Assembly (NCBI GenBank): GCA_963723325.1
Contig: CAVRQK010000018.1
Coordinates: forward strand, 78,368 to 142,367
Direction: 5' to 3'
Length of the DNA stretch: 64,000 nucleotides
Source: an uncultured Solirubrobacteraceae bacterium
GTDB lineage: Bacteria > Actinomycetota > Thermoleophilia > Solirubrobacterales > Solirubrobacteraceae
The notes under the pieces were generated by a model that searched no databases, was not told the origin of the DNA, and saw only the letters and a program-made list of their open reading frames with translations. This document shows, in pieces, positions 38,660 to 48,286 of this stretch (within the stretch, counting starts at the first letter, position 1; each line of letters starts with the position of its first letter). The translations under genes were made by a program, and so were the position numbers.

Positions 38660-38694
38660 AAGTTAGCACACAGACAATCACTGGTTTTAGCCAC

Positions 38695-39594
38695 TCACGG
38701 TGTCGTCACCGCCATCTCCTCGGCCCGCTTCAACATCTCCCCGGCGCCGGCCGCGACCATTCGCTTCGCCACACGGCGTCCGAGCTCCTCGGGGTCGTAG
38801 AAGCCACCGATCAACTCATCGCTCAGCCAGGCCGACCCGTCTGGCAGCCCAACCCACGCGCGCAGGTTCAGGCAGCCACAACCAGCCGGAACGGCGTATG
38901 CGCCAAGCGGGGTGTGGCAGCTGGCGTCCAGCTGGCGCGCGAGCGCCCTCTCGGCCAGCAGGCACGCGAATGCGTCGGCGTCGGTGATCGCCTGCACCGC
39001 CGCGGCCACCCGGGCGTTGTCGGCCCGCCCCTCCAATGCCAACGTCCCCTGCCCCGGAGCGGGCACGAACTGCGCGGGATCTAGCACGCCGCCCACGTCA
39101 GCCTCGCGATCCAGTCGCTGCAGCCCGGCGCGGGCGAGCACGATGGCGCCGACCCCCTGCTCGCGCTCGGCCAGCTTGCGCAGGCGGGTGTCCACGTTGC
39201 CGCGCAGCGACACCACGTCCAGATCCTCGCGGGCGGCGCGCAGCTGCGCCACGCGGCGAATGCTGCTCGTGCCAACACGCGCGCCGCTGGGCAGCTGATC
39301 GAGCGCGGCCACGCCACACAGCACGTCCTCGGCGGACGCGCGCGCGGGCGCTCCCAACAGCGCCAGCCCGTCGGCCAGCTCGCCGGGCAGGTCCTTGGCG
39401 GAGTGCACCGCCAGGTCGATCTCGCCGCGTGTGAGCGCATCCTCCAGCTCGATCACCCAGCGCGACTTGTCACCGCCACGCTCGCTGCGGTCCCCGCTGG
39501 TCACGATCGGGACCACCTCGCAGTGGCCGATCAGATCGGCGATCAGGTTGGCCTGGGTCAACGCCAGCGCGCTGCCCCTGGTGCCTATGCGCAT
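38695..39594 (-). CDS. hemC: hydroxymethylbilane synthase
   Basis: RIGTRGSALA, AVHSAKD, GTSS.RR, RGNVDTRL and ASCHTP. Confidence 0.95.
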   Translation of the reverse strand: MRIGTRGSALALTQANLIADLIGHCEVVPIVTSGDRSERGGDKSRWVIELEDALTRGEIDLAVHSAKDLPGELADGLALLGAPARASAEDVLCGVAALDQLPSGARVGTSSIRRVAQLRAAREDLDVVSLRGNVDTRLRKLAEREQGVGAIVLARAGLQRLDREADVGGVLDPAQFVPAPGQGTLALEGRADNARVAAAVQAITDADAFACLLAERALARQLDASCHTPLGAYAVPAGCGCLNLRAWVGLPDGSAWLSDELIGGFYDPEELGRRVAKRMVAAGAGEMLKRAEEMAVTTP

Positions 39595-40934
39595 CAGCGC
39601 TCGTGGCGGCGACGGCGAAGGTCGTGCACCTCGGCCAACTCCGCTGTGGCCGGCTCGGCGTCGGAGGTGCCCTCCTCCAGCCCGAACAGCTCGCGCACGA
39701 GCTGCAGGCTGGCGTGGCCGCGGTCGCCGCTGACGCTGCGCAGTCGGATGGTGGGCTCGTGCAGCAGACGGCTCATCACCGCACGCGCGACCGCCTCGAT
39801 GCGGGCCAGATCGCGCGGCGAGACCGACTCCCAGCGACCGGCGTTCTCCGCCAGCACCTGCTCCACGATCGCGTTGCCGTGCTCGCGCAGCGCGCTGACG
39901 GTGGGCAGCGTGTCGAGCTGGCCCAGCCAGCGGGCGAAGCGGCGGATCTCCTCCTCCACGATCTCCCGCGCCCTGGGCGCCTCCTCCTCGCGCGAGTTGA
40001 GGTTGCGTGCCACCACGGACTGCAGGTCGTCGATGTCGTACAGGCTCACGCCCTCCAGTTCCGAGCACGCGGGGTCGATGTCGCGCGGCACGGCGATGTC
40101 GATCAACAGCAGCGGTCGGAACTTGCGTTCGGCCATCACCAACTCGAGCTCCTCGCGGCCCACGATCGGATGAGGCGAAGAGGTGGAGGACAGCACGATG
40201 TCGGCGTGCAGCAGCTGCTCGGGGAGCTTGTCCAAGCCGACCACAGAGCCGCCGAAGCGCTGGGCCAGGCTGAGCGCACGGTCGGCGTGGCGGTTGGCCA
40301 CGAACATCGTGCCGGCGCCCTGATCGGCCAGCGCGCGCGCGGTCAGCTCGCTCGTTTCACCCGCGCCGAGGATCACCACGTGGCGGTTCTCCAGGCCGCC
40401 GAGCACGCTCAGCGCGAGGTCCACGGCCACGGACGGAACGCTCACGCGGCTGGAGCCGATGCTGGTCTCCGAGCGCACGCGCTTGCCGGTGGTGAGGGCG
40501 GCGGAGAACAGGCGGTTGGACAGCGGCCCGGTGGCGCCGGCGCGCATCGCCGCCTCGTGGGCGCGTCTGACCTGCCCCTGGATCTCGGCCTCGCCCACGA
40601 TCATCGAGTCCAGGCCGGCGGTCACGCTGTAGAGGTGGCGCGCCACGTCGCAGTTGCGCGGCGAGTAGATCGCGTCGGTGAGCTCGGTCGGGCGGATGTG
40701 CGCGCGGCTGGCCAGCAGGCCGAGCAAGTCTGACTCGGCGCGCACCGGGTCGCCGACCACCAGGTAGAGCTCGGTGCGGTTGCACGTGGACAGCACCACC
40801 GCCTCGCGCACCTCGGCGGTGGCGGTGGCCTGCAGGGCGAAGTCGGCCGCCTGCTCCTCGGTGAACGCCAGGCGCTCGCGCACGGCCACCGGCGCGGTCT
40901 TGTGCGAGATGCCCAGTGCCAGCAGCTCGCTCAT
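39594..40934 (-). CDS. hemA: glutamyl-tRNA reductase
   Basis: STCNRTE, GLDSMIVGE..I.GQV and DIAVPRD. Confidence 0.96.
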   Translation of the reverse strand: MSELLALGISHKTAPVAVRERLAFTEEQAADFALQATATAEVREAVVLSTCNRTELYLVVGDPVRAESDLLGLLASRAHIRPTELTDAIYSPRNCDVARHLYSVTAGLDSMIVGEAEIQGQVRRAHEAAMRAGATGPLSNRLFSAALTTGKRVRSETSIGSSRVSVPSVAVDLALSVLGGLENRHVVILGAGETSELTARALADQGAGTMFVANRHADRALSLAQRFGGSVVGLDKLPEQLLHADIVLSSTSSPHPIVGREELELVMAERKFRPLLLIDIAVPRDIDPACSELEGVSLYDIDDLQSVVARNLNSREEEAPRAREIVEEEIRRFARWLGQLDTLPTVSALREHGNAIVEQVLAENAGRWESVSPRDLARIEAVARAVMSRLLHEPTIRLRSVSGDRGHASLQLVRELFGLEEGTSDAEPATAELAEVHDLRRRRHER

Positions 40935-41170
40935 ACCGCTGTCGACTCGTGCTCGATCTGCTCGCTCGGCGCCTGGCCCTCGTCCGTACGCTCGGACAGA
41001 GCCAGCAGCTCGCCGAGATCGCGCTCCATGCGGGTCAGGCGCAGGGCCATGATGGCCACGTAGATCAGCAGGATGGCGAACAGCACCACGTAGGCGCCGG
41101 CCACGTACTTGCCGGCGGTGTGCAACGGCAGCGCTGGGGACTCGGCGAGGATGAGTAGCCCGCCCATCAT
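40931..41170 (-). CDS. CcmD-like small membrane protein
   Basis: YVAGAY single TM followed by charged tail; directly after ccmC. Confidence 0.65.
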   Translation of the reverse strand: MMGGLLILAESPALPLHTAGKYVAGAYVVLFAILLIYVAIMALRLTRMERDLGELLALSERTDEGQAPSEQIEHESTAV

Positions 41171-41925
41171 GCGCGCGCCCGGGTCGCAGGCTGTGTGCTC
41201 TGCAGGCTTGGCACTGCGGTACGCGGTCGCCTGAGCGCTTCCTCGCTGTCGCCGGCCAGACGCCGGCGCAGCGCTTTGACCTGCTGGCGGGTGTGCTTGG
41301 CGGTCAGCTCGTACTTGCACAGCGTGGCGAACAGCAGCGCCAAGGCCAGCAGCGACACCAGGAACGTGAGCGCCATCGAGCCGGGCAGGTTGGACGTGCT
41401 GCCGAGCACGCGCGGGTGCAGATAGGCGGTGGACATGCGCACGGCGATGAAGTTCATCGGCACGAACGCGCCGGCGGTGACGGCGAACACGGACGCGTAG
41501 CGCGCCTGGCGCTCGGGGTCCTCTATGGCGAAGCGCAGCGGCTGGTAGGTGGCGTACAGCAGGAACACGATCAGGAACGACACCAGCGTGGGCTCGCTCC
41601 ACACCCACCAGTGTCCCCACGAGCCCTTGGCCCAGATCGAGCCGGTGATCAGCGTGCCCACGCCGAAGATCAGGCTCATGTGGATGACCACGTAGGAGCG
41701 CATGTCCCACTTCGCCTCGCGCGTGCGCAGGTGCTGGATCGCGAACAGGCCGCCGAGCACGAAGCCGCACAGCGCGACGATGGCCAATGGCACGTGCACG
41801 TAGAAGATCTTCTGCAGGAAGCCCTGTTCGGCTTCCAGCGGGGCGTAGAAGAACACCAGCGCCAGCGAGAGTGCCATGGCGCAGACCGTGGTGATGCTCA
41901 GAGCCCGCAGGCCCTTCCCGTACAT
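41167..41925 (-). CDS. ccmC: heme exporter/chaperone subunit CcmC
   Basis: IFYVHVP, TGSIWAKGSWGHWWVW.EP (WWD-like domain) and LHP. Confidence 0.87.
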   Translation of the reverse strand: MYGKGLRALSITTVCAMALSLALVFFYAPLEAEQGFLQKIFYVHVPLAIVALCGFVLGGLFAIQHLRTREAKWDMRSYVVIHMSLIFGVGTLITGSIWAKGSWGHWWVWSEPTLVSFLIVFLLYATYQPLRFAIEDPERQARYASVFAVTAGAFVPMNFIAVRMSTAYLHPRVLGSTSNLPGSMALTFLVSLLALALLFATLCKYELTAKHTRQQVKALRRRLAGDSEEALRRPRTAVPSLQSTQPATRARA

Positions 41926-41932
41926 GGGCGGT

Positions 41933-42685
41933 TTAGTCCTCCAGGAGGAAATCGAACAGGGCGTAGGCGATCAGCCCGAACAACAGATCATAGAGGCCCA
42001 GCGTCAAAAGCCAGCGTGCGGGCGCTGCGGCTGCGTGCACGGTGTTCAGCGCCGGCGCGCTGGCGCGCGCGCCGCCGATCACGATCGGCACCATCAGCGG
42101 CAGCGCCAGCAGCGGCCCGAGCAGGTCGCGAGCGCGGGTGCGCACCGCCAGCGCCGCCACCAGCGTGCCGATCACCGCTACGCCCACGTCGCCCAGCGCC
42201 AGCGTCCCCACGAGGCTCCCCAACGCCGGCCCGAGCGGCGCGCCCAGCAGCAGCAGCGCAAACGCGGGCACCGCCACGATCTCCAGCGCCACCAGGAAGC
42301 CGAGCAGCGTGAGCACCTTGGCGATGAACATGGCGCTGCGATCGACGGGCGCCAGCAGGAACCCGTCGAAGCCGCCCTGCTCGGCGTCGGCCACGAACAG
42401 GCGGTTGATGCCAAGGATGGCGGCGAACAGCAGCGTCACCCACAGGATCCCGGCGGCCGTGTCGCCTTCAACGCTTGAGCGGTTGAGCGCGAAGTGGAAG
42501 ACCACGAACGTGCTGACGGCGAACAGCGACATGCCGGGCACGGACTCCAGCGTGCGCAGCTCCACCAGCAGCTCCTTGCGCAGCAGCGCACCGACGGTGC
42601 GCGCGGTGCCGATGGTGCGCCTTGCAGCGCCGGCCGTGGGCTGCGCTCCGGACACGGCCTCGGCGGCCTCGATCGCGGGCTTCAC
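41933..42685 (-). CDS. ccmB: heme exporter permease CcmB
   Basis: KELLVELR, GILWV and LLALPL..P. Confidence 0.87.
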   Translation of the reverse strand: MKPAIEAAEAVSGAQPTAGAARRTIGTARTVGALLRKELLVELRTLESVPGMSLFAVSTFVVFHFALNRSSVEGDTAAGILWVTLLFAAILGINRLFVADAEQGGFDGFLLAPVDRSAMFIAKVLTLLGFLVALEIVAVPAFALLLLGAPLGPALGSLVGTLALGDVGVAVIGTLVAALAVRTRARDLLGPLLALPLMVPIVIGGARASAPALNTVHAAAAPARWLLTLGLYDLLFGLIAYALFDFLLED

Positions 42686-43359
42686 CGGTAGAGCTCCTGG
42701 ATCTCCGCCACGCTCACGTCCGCCGCGTCGCGCAGCAGCGCCTGCCGGCCGCCGCGCAGGCCCAGCACCATGTCGGCCTCGGACAGCCCGCCGCTGGGAT
42801 CGTGGCTGCAGATCACGCGCGTGCGGCCGGAGGAGGCGCCGATCAGTGGCGCCACCAGCTCGATTGCGGCGGGGTCGAGGTTGGAGTGCGGCTCGTCCAG
42901 CAGCAGCAGCTCGGGGTCGTGCAGCACCGCGCGCGCCACCGCCACGCGCTGGACCATGCCGCGCGAGAGCGTGCGCAGCGGCTCGCCCGCGCGCGCGGAC
43001 ATTCCCAGCGCGTCGAGCAGCTCCTGCACGCGCTCATCGCCCACGCCGTGCAGGCGCGCGTGGAAGCGCAGGTTCTCGCGAGCGGTTAGCTCGCGATACA
43101 GCAGCGGCTCGTGTCCCAGCAGCCCCACGCGCCCGCGCACCGCCCACGCTTCGTCGGGGATGCTCGATCCCAGCACGCTCACCCTGCCTGCGTGCGGGCG
43201 CAGCAGCGTGGCCAGCACGCGCAGCAGCGTGGTCTTGCCTGCGCCATTGGGCCCGAACACAACCAGCGTGGCGCCCGCGGGCAGCGACAGCGACACGTCG
43301 CTCAGCGCTGCGCGTTCGCCGTAGTGCCGAGCGAGGCGCTCGAGTAGGAGCGCGGGCAC
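42682..43359 (-). CDS. ccmA: heme ABC exporter ATPase CcmA
   Basis: GPNGAGKTT, LSRGM.QR and LLLDEP; adjacent to ccmB. Confidence 0.87.
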   Translation of the reverse strand: MPALLLERLARHYGERAALSDVSLSLPAGATLVVFGPNGAGKTTLLRVLATLLRPHAGRVSVLGSSIPDEAWAVRGRVGLLGHEPLLYRELTARENLRFHARLHGVGDERVQELLDALGMSARAGEPLRTLSRGMVQRVAVARAVLHDPELLLLDEPHSNLDPAAIELVAPLIGASSGRTRVICSHDPSGGLSEADMVLGLRGGRQALLRDAADVSVAEIQELYR

Positions 43360-43369
43360 GCTAAGGCTC

Positions 43370-44033
43370 TTACACCCGCATGGCGTGCGCGCTCTGCGCC
43401 CGCGAGATCAGCTCGCGCACGCCCTGCTCATCGCCGTCGCGCAGCAGCGCCACCGGGTCGGGCTGCCCATTGACGATCCCCTCGAAGAACTCCTTGCGGT
43501 CCTGGTAGGTGGGCAGCGTGCCCTTGGCCCAGCCGCGGACCTCGTTCAACAGCACCGCCAGGCGCGCGTACGGCTGGCCGAACTGCGCTTCGATCTCGCG
43601 CTTCATTCGCTTGGCCAGTGCCGGCGAGGCGCCGGCGGTGGAGATCGCGATCGCCAGAGGCCCGGTGCGCACGATCGCCGGCAGGATGAAGTTGCACAGC
43701 GGCGGCACGTCGACGATGTTGACCAGCATCGCCCGCCGCTCGGCGTCGTCGAACACGGCGATGTTCACGTCGGTGTCGTTGGTCGCGGCGATCGCCATGA
43801 ACACGCCCTCCAGGTCGCTCGCGCCGGCGTAGGGTCGCTGCTCCCACACGATCGAGCCCTCGCGCGCGTAATCCGCGAGCGCCGGCTCGGCCTCGGGAGC
43901 GATCAGCGTGACCTGCGCCGTCGCAGGCCAGCAGGCCCTCGACCTTCTCCAGCCCGATCTCGCCGCCGCCGACGACCAGGCAACGCCGTCCGGTCAGCTT
44001 CAGGCAGGCGATGTAGAAGGGGGTGTCGAGCAT
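43370..44033 (-). CDS. precorrin-2 dehydrogenase / sirohydrochlorin ferrochelatase (SirC/CysG-N), apparent frameshift at about 43915
   Basis: CLVVGGG.IG..KV; LVNIVD.P.LCNFI.PA; [11 protein letters not shown]. Confidence 0.87.
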
Positions 44034-44154
44034 CCCCTGCACGCAGCTCTGGTCACAGATCCCTCTGCGCAGCTGACAGACGCACTCCTTGCCTGCATAG
44101 GCCTGGGCGGGCATCGCTCAAGCCTAGCTGCAACCGCTGCCGGCGGCCGGGCGG

Positions 44155-45778
44155 CTAGCCCTTCGGCAGACCGCGCCCGAACGCGCGCGCACCCATGCGG
44201 GCGAGCGCCACCGCGCCCTGGCGCCACGCCCGCTCGCGGTCGGCGTCGCGCCCGGAGCGCAGCTTGGCCACCGCGCGCGCCGCGCCGGCGCTGGTGTCGT
44301 CGTGCGGTCCCCACCACAGGCCGCGGATGCCGGGTGGGTCCCACGTGATCAGCTTCTCCTGAGCGCACGCGCGCAGCCCGGCCTGGCCCGAGCGTGCGGC
44401 CGAGCCCGCCACCGGCGGCCGCGCCCCATGGCCCGCGCGAGACGGTGGGGCCGGGCAGGTGGTCGTTGAGCCACACCATCCCCGCGTGCAGCTCGCGCGC
44501 GATCGCGCACGCCGTGGTAGCGATCGGCCGTCCACACCGACGCGCCGAGGCCGTAGTCGCTGTCGTTGGCCAGCGCGATCGCCTCCTCCACGCTGTCGAC
44601 GGCAGTGACCGCAAGCACCGGCCCGTCGATCGGCTCGCGCATCAGGCGCATCTGCTGCGGTCACGCCGGTGAGCACCGTGGGCGAGTAGAAAGCGCCGCT
44701 ATCGCAGCCGGCTGGGTGCGCCGGCCCACCGCAGTGCATGGTGGCTCCCTGTGCCACAGCGTCGCGGACCAGCTCCTCGACGTGCTCGGTACGCCTCGCC
44801 GACGCCAGCGGGCCGACCTGCACTCGCGGATCGGCCGGGTCGCCGACGGTGAGCGCCCGCGCGCCGTGCACCAGGCCGGCGAGGAAGCGCTCGTGGCCTC
44901 GCGCATCACGTACACGCGCTCGATCGAGCCGCGCGCCTGCCCGGCGCCGGCGCAGCCGGCCCACAGCGCGCCGGCGACCGCCGGCGGCAGGTGCGCGTCG
45001 GCGAGCACCAGCATCGCGTCCTTGCCGCCGAGCTCCACGGTGACCTCCTTCTCGCGCGACACGCACGCCCGCGCCACCACCCGCCCGACGGCGGGCGAGC
45101 CTGTGAACAGGACCTTGTCCACCGGCGCCTGGGCCAGCGCCACGCCCACGTCGGCGCCGCCGTGGATCACCCGCACGAGGCCCTCCGGCAGGCCGGTGCG
45201 CGCCAGCACGCGCGCGATCCGCTCGCCGGCCAGGCACGCGCGCGCGGCCGGCTTGTACACCACGCCGTTGCCCGCCAGCAGCGCCCCCGCGATCTGCCCC
45301 AGCGGCTGCGCGAACGGCGCGCTGCCGGCGCCGATCACGCCAACCACCCCGTAGGGCTCGATAGGCGATGCGCGCGCGCTTGGCGATCGCCATCGAGCGG
45401 TTGATGCCCACGCGGCGCCCGCCCAGCACCTGCGCGCCGTCGTCGGCGATCCAGATCAGCGCGTCGATGGCGGCCAGCAGCTCGAGCGTGGCGATCTCCG
45501 CGCGCGGGCGGCCCTGCTCACGGGCGAGGCCGTCGCGCAGCTCGTCGAAGTCGTCGATCACCGCCTGGGCCATGCGGCGCATGTAGCGCGCACGGTCCTT
45601 GACTCGCAGCAGCGCCCACAGCGGCTGCACCTTGGCGACCGCGGAAGCGACCTCGGCCACGTCGGCGGGCAACGTGGCCGCCACGCTGCCCAGCGGCTCG
45701 CCGGTGGCGGGATCGTGCGCGTCCAGCTTCGGCCGCCGACGCGGAACGCGCCCGGGGATCGCTGGTGGAGGCGCTCAT
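44155..45778 (-). CDS. aldehyde dehydrogenase-fold protein lacking catalytic Cys/Asn; several apparent frameshifts
   Basis: [25 protein letters not shown] and GMVWLND across frames. Confidence 0.75.
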
Positions 45779-45787
45779 GGCAACCGA

Positions 45788-47129
45788 TTATGGCCCTTCG
45801 CGCCCGCGCAGCCGGCGAACCTCGCGCAGCCGCTCGGCCAGCTTCCGCCTCGGCCTCGTCGGGCTCGTAGAAGCGCGCGCCGGCGACCGTGTCGGGCGCC
45901 AGCTCCTGGCGGGAGAGGTGTCCGGGCAGATCGTGCGGGTACTCGTAGTCCTCGCCCGCGGGGCCGCCCGAGCGCACGTCGCCCAGCGGGCCAGAGCGCA
46001 GGTAGCTGGGCACCGCCCCCGCGCCGTGCTCGCGCACGTGTCGCCTGGCCGCGCTCAGCGCGCGTCCGGCGGCGTTGGACTTGGGCGCCAGCGCCAGGTA
46101 GATGGCCGTCTGCGCCAGCGCATAACTGGCTTCCGGCAGCCCCACGTGCTCGACCGCAGCCGCCGCCGCGGTGGCCAGCGTGAGCGCGCCCGGATCGGCG
46201 TTGCCGATGTCCTCGGAGGCGAAGATGATCATCCGTCGCACGATGAAGCGTGGGTCCTCGCCGCCCTCCAGCATCACCGCCAGGTAGTACAGCGAGGCGT
46301 CGGGGTCGCTGCCACGAGTGGCCTTGATCCACGCGGAGATGTAGTCGAAGTGGCGGTCTCCGCCCTTGTCGTAGAGGATCGCCCGGCGCTGCAGCGCATC
46401 CTCCACGCGCTCGACCGTCACGCGCGCCTCGCCCAATCCCTGCGCGGTGGCACTGGCCAGCTCCAGCGCGTTCAGGGCGGTGCGCGCGTCGCCTTCGCTG
46501 CGCGCCGCCAGGAACTCGACCGCGCCATCGTCCAGCTCCAGCTCCGGTGCGGCCGCCCGGCGCAGCACGGTGGCAACCTCCTCGGCGGAGAGCGCCTGCA
46601 ACCCATACACGCGCACGCGTGACAGCAGTGCGCCGTTGACCTCGAACGCCGGGTTCTCGGTGGTGGCGCCGATCAGCGTCAACAGGCCCTCCTCCACGGC
46701 TGGCAGCAGCGCGTCCTGCTGGGCCTTGTTGAAGCGGTGGATCTCATCCAGGAACAGCACAGTGCGTGCGCCGCTGGCGTCGCGGCGGTGAGCGGCACGC
46801 TCGATCGTGGCGCGCACCTCGGCGCGCCCGGCCTGCACGGCGCTCAGCTCCTCGAACGCCGCGCCGGAGCTCTCGGCCACGATCCGCGCGAGCGTGGTCT
46901 TGCCGCAGCCGGGCGGGCCGTAGAGCACCATCGAGTGTGGATGCCCCTGCTCGATGGCGGTGCGTAGAGCCGAGCCTGGCGCGAGCAGATGAGCCTGGCC
47001 GACGAACTCGTCGATGCCGTGCGGGCGCACCCGCACGGCCAGCGGACGCGCTCCCTTGGACGTGTCCATGTCGTGTTTCCGGCTGGACGAATCTGCGTCT
47101 GGACCGTCGTCGAAAAGGGTATCCATCAC
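45788..47129 (-). CDS. rarA: replication-associated recombination protein A (apparent frameshift at about 45843 near the C-terminus)
   Basis: [39 protein letters not shown] and APKSN. Confidence 0.93.
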
Positions 47130-47276
47130 ATTGAGTATTGCTCCTACGGTGACGAGTCCATTTGGACATCTGGAGGTTGCACGGGGGGGTTGGCGAATCT
47201 ATAGTCCCGTGAACGAAGTTGACAAGTCCTTGACAGCCCATCTATATCCCACACGCGAGCGGGAGATCTCCCGCAC

Positions 47277-48254
47277 ATGAGCTTCGGCGGCGCGGAGGCG
47301 CTGCCCTCCGTCGCAGGGGGGCTGGAGTTCCTGGATGCGGGTGGGGACATCGCGGCGCGCTCGCCGCTGCAGCTGTTCTGGCGCCGGTTTCGCAAAGATC
47401 GCATCGCGGTCGCTTCGTTGGTCTTCATCGTGCTCCTGATCCTGGTGGCATTCGCGGCGCCACTGGTGGTAAGCCTGCTCGGGCTGCCCGGCCCCTACAC
47501 CCAGAACCTCAACCTCACCGACTCGTTCGGCTCGCCGCTGGGGCCGACGGGCGCTCACCCGTTTGGCGTTGACCAGCTCGGAGAGGACGTGATGTCCCGC
47601 GTGATCTACGGCACGCGGGTCTCGCTCGAGGTCGGCATCATCGGCACCGGAATCTCGACCGTGATCGGCGTTGTGGTGGGCATAGTCGCGGGGTTCTACC
47701 GCGGATGGGTAGACATGCTGCTGTCGCGCTTCATGGACATCGTGCTGTCGATCCCGATCCTGCTGCTGGGGATCGGGCTGGGGGCGGCGTGCGCTGTGCG
47801 GGGGTGCATCAAAGGCACCGTCCAGCCGGGTGTGGGGACGATCATCTTCATCGTCTGCGTGGCCACGTGGCCGTACATCGGGCGCATCGTGCGGGGTCTC
47901 GTGCTGTCGATGCGCGAGCGCGAGTTCGTCGACGCCTCGCGTGCGCTCGGCGCCTCGGACATGCGGATCATGTTTCGCGAGATCCTGCCCAACCTGGCCG
48001 CGCCGATCATCGTCTATGCGAGCCTGCTGATCCCCACGAACATCCTGCTCGAGGCAGCGCTCTCGTTTCTGGGCGTCGGTGTGCGTCCACCGACCGCGAG
48101 CTGGGGGGCGATGATCGCCCAGGCCGCGCCGATCTTCAACACCGCGTGGTGGTTCATGGTCTTTCCGGGCATTGCGCTCGTGCTGACGGTATTGGCATTC
48201 AACTTGTTGGGCGATGGGCTGCAGGACGCCCTGAACCCGAGGAACGCCCGTTGA
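47277..48254 (+). CDS. peptide ABC transporter permease (OppC/DppC-like)
   Basis: HPFGVDQLGEDV.SR; EREFV.A..ALGA; EAALSFLG.G. Confidence 0.92.
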   Translation: MSFGGAEALPSVAGGLEFLDAGGDIAARSPLQLFWRRFRKDRIAVASLVFIVLLILVAFAAPLVVSLLGLPGPYTQNLNLTDSFGSPLGPTGAHPFGVDQLGEDVMSRVIYGTRVSLEVGIIGTGISTVIGVVVGIVAGFYRGWVDMLLSRFMDIVLSIPILLLGIGLGAACAVRGCIKGTVQPGVGTIIFIVCVATWPYIGRIVRGLVLSMREREFVDASRALGASDMRIMFREILPNLAAPIIVYASLLIPTNILLEAALSFLGVGVRPPTASWGAMIAQAAPIFNTAWWFMVFPGIALVLTVLAFNLLGDGLQDALNPRNAR

Positions 48255-48286
48255 GGGCGGCGAACATACAACGAGGAGGCGTTTCA

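Noticed and set aside
4471-47129. Frameshifts in dnaB, PBP, LDT, sirC, ALDH and rarA as programmed frameshifting or true pseudogenes
   Set aside because: Those inspected are isolated single-base insertions without slippery sites, and they hit essential genes such as dnaB; most consistent with long-read or assembly errors
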